Assembly (NCBI GenBank): GCA_031362565.1
Contig: JANLSU010000106.1
Span: 63,031 to 127,030 of the forward strand
DNA from: a bacterium
GTDB lineage: Bacteria; Krumholzibacteriota; Krumholzibacteriia; G020349025
DNA: 64,000 nt
Direction: 5' to 3'
The notes below the pieces were generated by a model. That model saw only the letters and a program-made list of their open reading frames with translations, had not been told where the DNA came from and did no database searches. Position 1 is the stretch's first letter, and every line of letters begins with the position of its first letter. Positions 27,601 through 36,192 of this stretch are shown here, piece after piece. A program made the position numbers and the translations under genes.

Positions 27601-28489
27601 TGGGGAAGTGGCGGTGATCGCCCTCGAAGGCATCCTCGACACGGTGAGCGCGCAATTGTGTGCCCGGATGTTCTCCGAACTCGCGCTCCGCGAACGCACC
27701 GCGGTGCTGATCGACCTGTCGTGCATCGAGTTCGTGAGCAGTGCCGGTTGGGGATGTCTGACGGCGTTCGCAGCCGAGCGCGCCCGCATCGGCAGCGCCG
27801 TGCGCTTGTTCGGGATGAGCGCCTCGGTGGCGCGCATCTATGAATTGCTGCACTTGGCAGCGGTGCTGCCTTCCGACGACATCCTGGCGGACGCGTTGGT
27901 GGCCTGCGGCGCCACCGAAGTTGCAGCTCCGGCGCGCGTCGACGCGACCACGGTGGCGCCCACCGCGTCACCAAGCCAACCGGTTGGTGCGGCGCACGGT
28001 GCTAGTGCGGTGGGCATCGAAATCGAAATCGGCGCTTTGCAGGCGCGACTCGAACCCTATGGAACCAGTGGCCGGGCGCATCGCCTGGCGCTCCGCGGCA
28101 CGTGGCGTGGTGACGCGGGAGCGTCGTTCGAGGCCTGGCTCGGCGCACATGCGACGCCGGTCGACCTGCTGCTGGTCGACGGCCGGGGCCTCGAAAGCGT
28201 CGACGCAGAAGCCTGGGATGTGTTGCGCCGGCACGCCGAGAGTCTTGCGACGCACGGCGGCCAAGTGTGCGTGGTGGCGAGCGCCGCAACGGCGCCCGCA
28301 GTCGACGCCGGCCTGCACGTCCACCGTTCGGTGGTGGAGGCGCTACGCACCCAGCAGAGCCGCCCGGTACGGCTGGAGACCGTTCGCGTCGAAGACAGCG
28401 ATTTCAGCAAGGACGCGGAGATCCGGCGTGAGGGCTGGAACGCTTATGTCGACCTGCTCCGGCAGGCATTCCGAGAGGACGCCCTGTGA
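24686..28489 (+). CDS. Membrane partner-switching protein: RsbW-type HATPase-2TM-HAMP-SpoIIE(PP2C)-HTH-3xSTAS
   Basis: LAVDEACTNVIKHAY, DQG, GGFGMFLM; VGGDYYDF, VADVAGKG, YTDGITEA, DDLT; VADACRRFGVSPSTYYR; DLAEVAYVSSRGWG and DLSCIEFVSSAGWG. Confidence 0.9.
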   Translation: MSSRNGRTERLEIAADERHLSDVRDFIDRTCAACGFAPRAIANIRLAVDEACTNVIKHAYPNGGPGAASARLGIAAGAHRGWLEVRIVDQGKPFEGQIDLPQLGELVEARRKGGFGMFLMHRLMDEVRYETTPAGNEWILRKRLPQPPSTFARRMRLRYALQASLGIVAISVLAVTPLWLREGRQRERADLQALRALAFGLAEAARPALVQRAELTPEQTHLFEAVLALGREEPRILAVDVVDRAGTIWAADRAAATFTHFIEPAGLTAADADGFRQARERVDGHAVLHLAVPVRMGNGATEVGTVHLSVRRDEIEAEVRAARARLASGALAVDALALLLVGAALTAFLRPLQRLVDGVRGMASEGADLAEDGPGEIGSIAAAFNDMNARYKAARETAADHERLQQDLQVAREIQTAILPQHVPDIAGYEIGRLYRPAGEVGGDYYDFLDVGDGLTGVVVADVAGKGVPGSLVMGMLRTALRLETRRNASAGDVLSRLHQFLAADMRKGMFVTMLYVVLDTRHRVVSYASAGHTPMVLYRAGKDETFCLSPKGLPVGLAGSDTAMFEKELDVERLRLRTGDLLLLYTDGITEATNAAGEAYGEERLVAAVKRFGRESADDFVRALEADLAEFTGGMALTDDLTLVAIKEKQGAPEVGGETFRKLVDAIDAKGVPVADACRRFGVSPSTYYRLKRVAGDDSEPQQLSMEKGAALRRLAMARRDLGAREIAALLRTPEWGSIDLAPTRIHVELRRMGIDLPVSAVPAMPAPGSAAALPMADDTATEAPNSNGADSSAVAMSETWLDAGGLRGLLAAPAAGPGAALLQLEGCIDSTSCDALESLLATATGAGHALVVDLAEVAYVSSRGWGLLAAASARAVGGLALAEMRSDVFDVYRMLGFESIVPSAADRDAARARLLPAARKAASNASPGAASKSKAAPTTAIVPCKVAFDAAAPDDAGASLRCRVGHAGRDGEVAVIALEGILDTVSAQLCARMFSELALRERTAVLIDLSCIEFVSSAGWGCLTAFAAERARIGSAVRLFGMSASVARIYELLHLAAVLPSDDILADALVACGATEVAAPARVDATTVAPTASPSQPVGAAHGASAVGIEIEIGALQARLEPYGTSGRAHRLALRGTWRGDAGASFEAWLGAHATPVDLLLVDGRGLESVDAEAWDVLRRHAESLATHGGQVCVVASAATAPAVDAGLHVHRSVVEALRTQQSRPVRLETVRVEDSDFSKDAEIRREGWNAYVDLLRQAFREDAL

Positions 28490-29226
28490 GGCGCATTGCA
28501 ATTGCGGCTGCCAAGGGCGGCACCGGTAAAACCACCACTGCCGTCGCACTCGCGCACGGCCTCGCGCTGGCCGGCGAGCGCGTGTTGCTCATCGATTGCG
28601 ATCCACGCCGCGACTCGAGCTTGCATTTCGGCCTGTCGCCCGAACCCGGACTCGCAGCCTGGCTGCGGGGCCGTCCGGCGCGCGTCATGGAAGTGCGTGC
28701 CGGCCTCTGCGTCCTGGATAGCGGTGGCGAGGCGCTTGCCGATCTCGAACTGACACTCGGCACCGATCCGCTCGAGGAACTGCGGCTTGGGCGCGCCCTG
28801 GACACGCTGCAGGATGTCGATTATGTGGTGCTCGATTGTCCGGCCGGCGTCGGACCCATCGCGCGCGCGGCGCTCCGCGCCAGCCACGAGGTCCTCGTGC
28901 CACTCTGCGCCGACTATTTGAGTTTGGCGAGCGCCGGCCTGCTGCTCGAGCGCCTGGTCCAGATGCGGGGCACGAACGGCGCCGCGCCACGTCTTCTGGG
29001 ACTCCTGCCGACATTCTATGACGCCGACGCTCCGAGCGCCCTGAACGTCGATTCCGTGCTTGCGGAACTGCACGCCGGCCGTGTCCTCCAGACGCGCATC
29101 GCGCTTTGCGATGGGCTCCGGGCGGCACCGGCACGCAGAGGCACGATCTTCGATTGCGAACCGCTATCGCGCGCGGCGTTGGACTACGTCTCGTTGCTCG
29201 ACGAGGTGCGGGCTGCCGCCGCCTGA
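28486..29226 (+). CDS. Orphan ParA/Soj family ATPase
   Basis: Deviant Walker A KGGTGKTTT, LLIDCDP, DYVVLDCPA; GTGA overlap with the upstream gene. Confidence 0.88.
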   Translation: MRRIAIAAAKGGTGKTTTAVALAHGLALAGERVLLIDCDPRRDSSLHFGLSPEPGLAAWLRGRPARVMEVRAGLCVLDSGGEALADLELTLGTDPLEELRLGRALDTLQDVDYVVLDCPAGVGPIARAALRASHEVLVPLCADYLSLASAGLLLERLVQMRGTNGAAPRLLGLLPTFYDADAPSALNVDSVLAELHAGRVLQTRIALCDGLRAAPARRGTIFDCEPLSRAALDYVSLLDEVRAAAA

Positions 29227-29328
29227 CCTGTCACTTCTGGAGCCATCGGGTGTCCACACGGTCGCGGCGGCGGCCGCATGGTTCTGCGTGGTGTATCGCT
29301 ACGGAGTGTTCCGCGCCGCCCAAGGTCG

Positions 29329-29345
29329 CTGGACTAAACCTTGCT
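29329..29345 (+). promoter_or_regulatory. Candidate sigma54 promoter for the STAS gene
   Basis: CTGGACTAAACCTTGCT (GG-N10-GC with TGG and TTGCT); implied +1 near 29356, just before SD AAGGAGGT. Confidence 0.45.
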
Positions 29346-29377
29346 TGTAGAGCCCTCGTGGCTCCAAGGAGGTGGGC

Positions 29378-29785
29378 ATGCGGTCCCTCGAGTACAGTGT
29401 CGAGACCGTGGGTGCGAAGAAGACGATCGCGATCTTGTCGCTCGACGGTTATGTCGACAGCGCGACCTCGCTGAACATGGACGAGGCTATCGACTCGATC
29501 CTGCAGCAGCGGGTCTATCAGATCGTGGTCGATTTGACCAAGGTGAGCTATATCAGCTCGGCCGGATGGGGTGTGTTCATCAGCAAGATCAAGGACATCC
29601 GTGAGAACAACGGTGGCCTGAAGATCGCGGGGATGCGTCCCGACGTCCGCGACGTCTTCGACTTGCTCGGCTTTGGCCACATCATCGAAGCCCACGATAC
29701 GGTGCAGGACGCGGTCAACGCGTTCGAAACGCAAAGCGGGCGCGACAAGCGCGAGGTCGTCACCGGCGGCCGTCGCACCGTCTGA
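29378..29785 (+). CDS. STAS domain anti-sigma factor antagonist
   Basis: LSLDGYVDS, VVDLTKVSYISSAGWG, VRDVFDLLGF; strong SD. Confidence 0.92.
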   Translation: MRSLEYSVETVGAKKTIAILSLDGYVDSATSLNMDEAIDSILQQRVYQIVVDLTKVSYISSAGWGVFISKIKDIRENNGGLKIAGMRPDVRDVFDLLGFGHIIEAHDTVQDAVNAFETQSGRDKREVVTGGRRTV

Positions 29786-29941
29786 AGCCCCCAGTGATTT
29801 CTGGGCGGTGCAGGCCATCTCGAGGCCCGCACCGCCCGTCCGACGCCTCGATCCTCCTCCCCGCGACACGTAAGATCGTGTAGAGTCCCGGCACGGTGAG
29901 CGCCGTGTCAGGGGCCGACGACGGGAAGGAGGCGCTCGCGC

Positions 29942-32143
29942 GTGCTCTTCGCACTTCACTTGGCGACGCAATCGCACTGGCCGCTCTTCGCTCTCCTGCC
30001 GGCGGCGCTGGTTCTGGCGCTCTGGGCGTATCGTCGAACCACCCCACCGCTCGCACCGCGACAACGCCTCGTACTGACGGCGTTGCGGGCGACCGCGTAC
30101 GCGTGCTTGTGCCTCGTGCTCGCGAGTCCGGTTTGGAACCGCGAGCGGCACGACCCGCAGCGGGCGCGAATTGCGGTGCTCATCGATGAGTCGGCGAGCA
30201 TGTCGAACAACGACGGACCCGGCGGGCCGACGCGGCTCGAGCGGGCGCGTACCGCGCTCGGGACACTGCGGGATGCACTGCGTGGCGCGCCGGTGGATCT
30301 CGAAGTCGTGCCGTTCGCGGCGGCGCCGGACGCGCCCCAGTCTGCTGAGGCGTATTTGGCGGCGGCCCGCACCGCCGTGGGACCGGCAACGGATCCGTTG
30401 GGAGCCATGGCGGCGACCGCCGACCGGCTGCGCGGCCAGAATCTGCAGGCCATCGTGCTGCTGAGCGACGGCCGCCCCACCCAGGGTGGTCTCGATCCCG
30501 GCTCGCGCACCGATCCGGGCCAGCCGGTTTTTGCGATCGGCCTCGGAGATTCACTGGCCGGGCGCGATCTGGCCATCGGCCGCTGCGAGTACAGCTCCAT
30601 CGCTTATGTCGAAAGCGAAGCCGAGATCGATGTGCGCATCGAGTCGAGCGGCTTTCGCGGCCAAGCGTCGACGCTGCACTTGCGCCAAGGCGAGCGCGAC
30701 ATTTTCTCGACGCACTTGCGCTTCGATCAGGATCGCAGCCGCGTCTCGGTGCGCGTGCCCGTGCAGTTGCACGAGCCCGGCCGCCAGCGCTACCGGCTCG
30801 TTCTCGATGCCTTGCCGGGCGAACGGACCGAGCGCAACAACGCCCGCGAGATCAGCATCGAAGTGTTGCGCAACCGGATTCGCGTTCTGGTGGTGGCGGC
30901 GCGGCCGGATTGGGATGTGGCGTTTTGGGCCCGCGCGCTGCGCAGCGATCCCAGCGTTCGGCCGACCGTAGTGACGCAAGATGTGAACGGCGGATGGCGC
31001 AATGCCGAAGACGGCCGCGCTTTCGAATGGCCGCGCGGTGTGGCGTGGACGCGTGACTACGATCTCTACATTTTAGGGACCCCGGGCACCGCGTGGCGCG
31101 GTGACTCCGCCAAGGAATTGCGCACCGCCGTTGAGCGCGGCAAGGGATTGCTGGTGCTGGGCGGACGTGACGGAGTGCTCGGCGATGCGGCGTCCTTCGA
31201 GGCAATCGGTCCGCTCTTGCCGGTGGCGCGCCTGCGGGTGCGCGGGACGCGTTTTGGACAATCCTTACCGCGCCTCGCACCCCAAGGCAGGCTCCACCCG
31301 GTGACCGGTGCGCTCTTACCGCTCGCGGATGCGGCCGGCACTCTCACCGGCCTGCCGCCGCTTCTCGGCCAAGCGGACCTTGCCGCCAACGTCGGTGCCC
31401 TCACATTGCTCTCGACCGACGCCAACCCGGCGCTGCCATTGCTTGTCGTGGGGCGAGCCGGCGAAGGCCAGGTGGCGGTGGTCAACGGCTTTCCCCTTTG
31501 GCGGTGGGGATTCGCCGCCAACCCGGTCGTGCGCCAATCGGTCGGCGCGTTCACGAGCGGCATGGTGCGCTGGCTGACGCAGCCGCGTGACATTACCGCG
31601 GTGCAAGTGACGACTCCGAAACCGGTGTACGAAAGCGGTGCAGCGGTCGAGATCTACGCCCACGTGCTCGATCCGCAATATGCACCGCTCGCCGACGCGC
31701 AGGTGCGCACCGATGTGCGGCGCGTCGACGACGGCAGCCCGAGCGGCAATGCGTTGTTGGAGCCGCGTGGCGGGCAGCCGGGCGAATACCAGGCGTCGAT
31801 TCCTGGCCTGGCGGCTGGGGAGTACGAAGCCGAAGCAGTCGCGACCCACGGCGGGCGGGAAGTCGGCCGGGCACGGGTGCGGTTTACCGTCGATGCCTAT
31901 TCGATCGAATTCGCCGACGCGCGCCAGGACGTGGATTTCCTGCGCGAAATCGCGGCGCGCACCGGCGGCCGCTATGTGGGGCCGGAAGCAGTGGCCGGCC
32001 TGGTGCAGGACTTGCCGCACGCGGCGCGCGACATCCTGGTGCGCAGCGAAATTGAAATCTGGAACACGACGCCGCTCTTCGTGCTGTTCGTTCTGGTGTT
32101 GGGTGTCGAGTGGCTGATGCGCAAACGGTTCGGTTTGCTCTGA
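29942..32143 (+). CDS. VWA domain membrane protein with Ig-like and GATase-like domains
   Basis: N-terminal TMs; MIDAS LIDESASM, LLSDG; GKGLLVLGG; C-terminal TM ending EWLMRKRFGLL. Confidence 0.8.
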   Translation: MLFALHLATQSHWPLFALLPAALVLALWAYRRTTPPLAPRQRLVLTALRATAYACLCLVLASPVWNRERHDPQRARIAVLIDESASMSNNDGPGGPTRLERARTALGTLRDALRGAPVDLEVVPFAAAPDAPQSAEAYLAAARTAVGPATDPLGAMAATADRLRGQNLQAIVLLSDGRPTQGGLDPGSRTDPGQPVFAIGLGDSLAGRDLAIGRCEYSSIAYVESEAEIDVRIESSGFRGQASTLHLRQGERDIFSTHLRFDQDRSRVSVRVPVQLHEPGRQRYRLVLDALPGERTERNNAREISIEVLRNRIRVLVVAARPDWDVAFWARALRSDPSVRPTVVTQDVNGGWRNAEDGRAFEWPRGVAWTRDYDLYILGTPGTAWRGDSAKELRTAVERGKGLLVLGGRDGVLGDAASFEAIGPLLPVARLRVRGTRFGQSLPRLAPQGRLHPVTGALLPLADAAGTLTGLPPLLGQADLAANVGALTLLSTDANPALPLLVVGRAGEGQVAVVNGFPLWRWGFAANPVVRQSVGAFTSGMVRWLTQPRDITAVQVTTPKPVYESGAAVEIYAHVLDPQYAPLADAQVRTDVRRVDDGSPSGNALLEPRGGQPGEYQASIPGLAAGEYEAEAVATHGGREVGRARVRFTVDAYSIEFADARQDVDFLREIAARTGGRYVGPEAVAGLVQDLPHAARDILVRSEIEIWNTTPLFVLFVLVLGVEWLMRKRFGLL

Positions 32144-32174
32144 TCGAATTCTGCCCTGGGAACTCCCGTCCCGC

Positions 32175-33830
32175 ATGTCTTTCGCGCCGGTCGCCGCGCT
32201 CGCGGCGTTGGTTCTGAACGAGGTCCTGTACGACCCGCCCGGCGTCGATGCCGGACGCGAATTTGTCGAGATCCTGAACGTTTCGAACGCCGACGTGCCG
32301 CTTGCCGGTCTCGAACTCGAGACCGGTGATGGGGCGCATCCCGGTGTGTGGCGGCATTCTTGGAGCGGCACAGGCGGCGTTCTGGCGCCCGGTGCGTTCT
32401 TGGTGGTCGGTGGCGACAGCATCCACACTCCCGAACATCTCGCCGCGGACCTGCAGAACGGGCCGGATGCATTGCGGCTGCGGCAGGACGGCGAAGTCCT
32501 GGATCGCTTGGGCTATGGCGCCCTCAACGATGCTGCGATGTTCGAGGGCCGGCCGGCGCAAGACGTCGCTAATGCCGGCCTGGCGCGTCTTCCCGATGGC
32601 CGTGACACCGGCGACAATCTGGCCGATTTCAGTCCGGCGCCGCCGTCGCCGGGACGCCGCAATCAGCTCTTGCACAACTTGCGCGTCACCCTCGTGGCGC
32701 CCGATCCGGCGACCGCGTGGCCCGGTCGAGCGCAGCGGGCCCGGGTCACGGTGCGCAACACGGGCGGCGAGACGGTGCCGTCGTGGGCGCTCGTTGCCTG
32801 GCTCGAACGCGCCGTCGGCGAGCCGGTGACCGGCGAGCCGGTCTTGGCGGTGGCGGAAACGCTCGCCACTCCGGGTCCGGGCGAGGCGATTGCCGCGCAT
32901 GACAGCAGCGTCGTCGGGCTCGAATGGCTGGGGTCGCTCGGACTCGTGCGGATCGGTGCCGCATTGCGAACGGCGGATGACGACAGTCTCGACGATCGGG
33001 CCAGCGTTTGGGTGCGCGTCGGTCCCGGTGACATCGTCATCAACGAAATCCTCTATGCGCCGCAGAGCGGTGCACCGGAATGGATCGAACTCTGGAATCG
33101 CGGCACGCGGCCGGTGCGGCTCGGTGGGTTCACGATGGCGGATGCGAGCGGCCGCCGCGCGACGCTTCGAGCCCGCGTCGACTTGGCCCCCGGGGCGTAC
33201 GCCATCGCGAGCGCCGACTCCACGGCGGTCGTCGCCGGCATCGCGTTCGGCACACCACGGATCGAGGCCACGCCGTGGCCGTCGCTCAATGATTCAGACA
33301 ACGACGCGGGCTACGCCGACACGGTCGTGTTGCGCGATTCGCTGGGAATCGTCGCCGATGCAATTCGCTATGCGGCAGCCGGTGGCGAGCGCGGCCGCAG
33401 CATCGAACGGCAGAGCGTCGAGCCCACCGCCCGCGGTGTGGCGTGGGTGCCGTCGACGTCGCAAAGCGGCACCACGGCCGGCGCGAAGAATAGTGTCAAC
33501 GGACCGCCACGCCTCGACCCGCGGCTCAATCTCGCTCCGAATCCCTTTTCGCCGAACGGCGACGGCCACGACGACCAACTCTGGATTCGCGCCGAAGTGC
33601 CTTTGGGTGCGAGCGGGTTTCGCGCCGAGGTCTTCGATCTCGACGGCCGCTGCCGCCGGCGCCGCGGCGCCGACGAATTGGGGCCGGGGTCCCGCGAACT
33701 CGCCTGGGATGGCGGTGCAGACGGCGGAGCATCTCTCCCCACAGGTGTCTACGTGCTCCGATTCGAGTGGTACTCGAAGTCCGAGGGGCGCCATCAGGTG
33801 CGCCGTGCCGTCGGGCTGGTGCGGCCATGA
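32175..33830 (+). CDS. Tandem lamin-tail-domain protein with C-terminal NPFSPNGDG/FlgD-like sorting domain
   Basis: LVLNEVLYDP..EFVEILN and IVINEILYAP..EWIELWN; PNPFSPNGDG...WDG...LPTGVYVL. Confidence 0.85.
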   Translation: MSFAPVAALAALVLNEVLYDPPGVDAGREFVEILNVSNADVPLAGLELETGDGAHPGVWRHSWSGTGGVLAPGAFLVVGGDSIHTPEHLAADLQNGPDALRLRQDGEVLDRLGYGALNDAAMFEGRPAQDVANAGLARLPDGRDTGDNLADFSPAPPSPGRRNQLLHNLRVTLVAPDPATAWPGRAQRARVTVRNTGGETVPSWALVAWLERAVGEPVTGEPVLAVAETLATPGPGEAIAAHDSSVVGLEWLGSLGLVRIGAALRTADDDSLDDRASVWVRVGPGDIVINEILYAPQSGAPEWIELWNRGTRPVRLGGFTMADASGRRATLRARVDLAPGAYAIASADSTAVVAGIAFGTPRIEATPWPSLNDSDNDAGYADTVVLRDSLGIVADAIRYAAAGGERGRSIERQSVEPTARGVAWVPSTSQSGTTAGAKNSVNGPPRLDPRLNLAPNPFSPNGDGHDDQLWIRAEVPLGASGFRAEVFDLDGRCRRRRGADELGPGSRELAWDGGADGGASLPTGVYVLRFEWYSKSEGRHQVRRAVGLVRP

Positions 33831-34579
33831 AACGCGCCGCGTGCATCGTTGCCGTGGTCTTGAGCGGAGCGGCACCGGTTCGGGCGCTCGTCCCCAATGC
33901 GACGGCTTGGGCCCAAGGTGGGATCGATGCCTTGGATCGGCTCGAGCGTTCGCCCGGCGCGCGAGTCGCGTTGGGCGCCAGCGTTGGCATCGATTCGTGG
34001 CAGATCGATCCGGTGGCTGGAATCGATGCGGTTGCACTGCGCGTGACACGTCGCACTGCGCGCTTTGCCATGGCCGCGTCGGTGGATCGAATTCAGAGTC
34101 CGGTGCATCACGATCGCGGCATCACGCTTGGCGCGCAGTTGCACACCCACACTGTCACCGCTGGGCTCGCCCTCGAAGCACGCCGGCTCGAGTTCACGAA
34201 CGGTGATCACGCCGGCGACACACGCGCCCGGGCCGGGTTCGGAATGCAATCGGGTTCATTCGCGGCCGTGGCGGTTCTGGAAGCGCCGGCGAACCAACGC
34301 GTCGCGCCGCAGGTTCGCATCGCTACCGAGTGGCGGGCGGCCGGCGCGGTTCGCATCCAAACCCAGCTCGACCGGGAGCCCGGCTCGCCCTCGCGATGGC
34401 GTCTTGCGGCCGCGTGGCGCACCGATCCCATCACTTGGTTCGGTGGCTATGACAACGCGATCGACGCGGCAACGCTGGGCCTCGCCTGCGGGCTCGGCCG
34501 CTGCCGCATCGTTTGGGGAGCGCGCGCCCATCCCGATCTCGGCTGGAGCCATCTGTGGACGTGCGAGTGGAGATTGTGA
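33827..34579 (+). CDS. Putative PorP/PorV-like beta-barrel protein
   Basis: Signal peptide, amphipathic strands, C-terminal HPDLGWSH; coupled to the LTD gene. Confidence 0.5.
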   Translation: MKRAACIVAVVLSGAAPVRALVPNATAWAQGGIDALDRLERSPGARVALGASVGIDSWQIDPVAGIDAVALRVTRRTARFAMAASVDRIQSPVHHDRGITLGAQLHTHTVTAGLALEARRLEFTNGDHAGDTRARAGFGMQSGSFAAVAVLEAPANQRVAPQVRIATEWRAAGAVRIQTQLDREPGSPSRWRLAAAWRTDPITWFGGYDNAIDAATLGLACGLGRCRIVWGARAHPDLGWSHLWTCEWRL

Positions 34580-36192
34580 TGCGAATGTTTCGTCTCCTAG
34601 CCGTGTGGTGTCTCGTCATGACCAGCGCCGTCCGGGCGGAGCCCAACGGCGCCAGCGCGAATGGACTCGGGAACGACCCGGACTCGACGGATGTCGTCGT
34701 CGAAGACGAAGCCTTCGATCCCGGCGATCTGGATCCGGCGACGCTGGCGGAACTCGACGTGCTGCTCTTTGACCCGGTCGGACTCGAGACCGGTGCGGAT
34801 CTCGACCGGCTCGCCGAACTGCCTTGGCTGACGCACGGCGATCTCGAATCGCTGCGCGCCGCGTTGCCGATTCGATCGTTGAACGAACTGGTGACCCGCG
34901 CCGGCTGGCCGTTGGCCATCGCCGGCGAAACCGCGCCGTTCGTGCGTCCCGCGGCGCGGATCGCCGAACGCACTGCCGTGTCGCTGGTCGTGCATCGAAC
35001 CCGCACTGATGCGCGCTGGCAACATGGTGGCGACGAAATGCACCTGCGCGTCGCGCCGGAGCGCCGCACCGCGCACGGCGGCCTGCAGGCAGCGCGTGGG
35101 CCGGTGCGCATCGTGGTGGGCGAATTTGTCGCGACGCACGCTCTGGGACTCGTTGTCGGGCGGTTGCGCCGCAGTGCCGATGCCAACCGCGCCGCATGGC
35201 CGGGCGGCCGCCGTCTTGGACTCGCAACCGGCCCGGGGCTCGCACGTGGCGCCGCGATTGCGCTCGCCGACGATCGCATTGTGGCGTTCACCGGGCAGCA
35301 GGATACCCTGATGAAAACCGCCCTCGCGGCGCGCGGCACGTGGCGCGGCACCGGACTCTCGGCGGCGGTTGTGCGGGACGGCAAGCGCCTAACGACGGGA
35401 GTCGGTGTCGACCGAATGCGGGCCGGGAGCCGCGCCGGTTTCGAAGCCGCGCGGCCCGGTGCGGACTATGCCCTGGCGGTCGCCACCGAGGCCCGCGCCG
35501 GACGCTTGGACGCCGACGCGCGCTTCGAACGCACCCGGCGCGATTGGGACCGCAACGTTGCGGGGGGAAAAGTACAGGTGGCCGAGGCGCGAGCCCGGCT
35601 GCGCCTCGGCGCGGCGCTTCTCGAAGGCGGCGTGGCGCGGCGCGCCGAGCGGGTTCTGGACGGGGCGCGCGTCGAGTCGTTGGCGCGGCGTCTGCGCGTG
35701 CTTTGGCGCCGCGGTGTGCATGGTTGCGACGCGACGCTGACGGAACGCAGCCGCACCGAGCGCCGGTTGCAACAAGGCTTCGAGGCCGCCAGTCACACCG
35801 CGACGCATACCCTGGCCCTCGCCGCCTGGCGCACCGGCGCCGAACGTGTCTTCAGTCTCGAAGCCCGTTGCCGTTTCGATCCCCAGCGCGGGCGCTTCGA
35901 TCGTGCCTGGCAGGCACGCATCGAGAAACGCCGCGGCCACGCGCGCTGGAGCCTCGCGGTCGCGACCTTCGCCGCACGGCAGGCCATCGCCTTGCCATTG
36001 CCCGCCGCCGCCCACGGCAGCTCGATGCGCGGCGACGGCATGCGCTTCGCGGCCGGTGTCCGGGCGGTGTTCGGGCGCTGCGAACTGCGCGCTGCCGCCA
36101 GCCGCAAATGGATCGACGGCATCGGTTGGCAATCCAATGCTGATGCGAGCCTGGCACTCCGTTTCGCGTCGCATGCTTCGCCGCGGCGTTGA
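34579..36192 (+). CDS. ComEA-like helix-hairpin-helix domain fused to a putative beta-barrel
   Basis: Signal peptide; acidic N-terminus; ADLDRLAELPWL...IRSLNEL HhH-like segment; strand-rich remainder. Confidence 0.5.
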   Translation: MRMFRLLAVWCLVMTSAVRAEPNGASANGLGNDPDSTDVVVEDEAFDPGDLDPATLAELDVLLFDPVGLETGADLDRLAELPWLTHGDLESLRAALPIRSLNELVTRAGWPLAIAGETAPFVRPAARIAERTAVSLVVHRTRTDARWQHGGDEMHLRVAPERRTAHGGLQAARGPVRIVVGEFVATHALGLVVGRLRRSADANRAAWPGGRRLGLATGPGLARGAAIALADDRIVAFTGQQDTLMKTALAARGTWRGTGLSAAVVRDGKRLTTGVGVDRMRAGSRAGFEAARPGADYALAVATEARAGRLDADARFERTRRDWDRNVAGGKVQVAEARARLRLGAALLEGGVARRAERVLDGARVESLARRLRVLWRRGVHGCDATLTERSRTERRLQQGFEAASHTATHTLALAAWRTGAERVFSLEARCRFDPQRGRFDRAWQARIEKRRGHARWSLAVATFAARQAIALPLPAAAHGSSMRGDGMRFAAGVRAVFGRCELRAAASRKWIDGIGWQSNADASLALRFASHASPRR

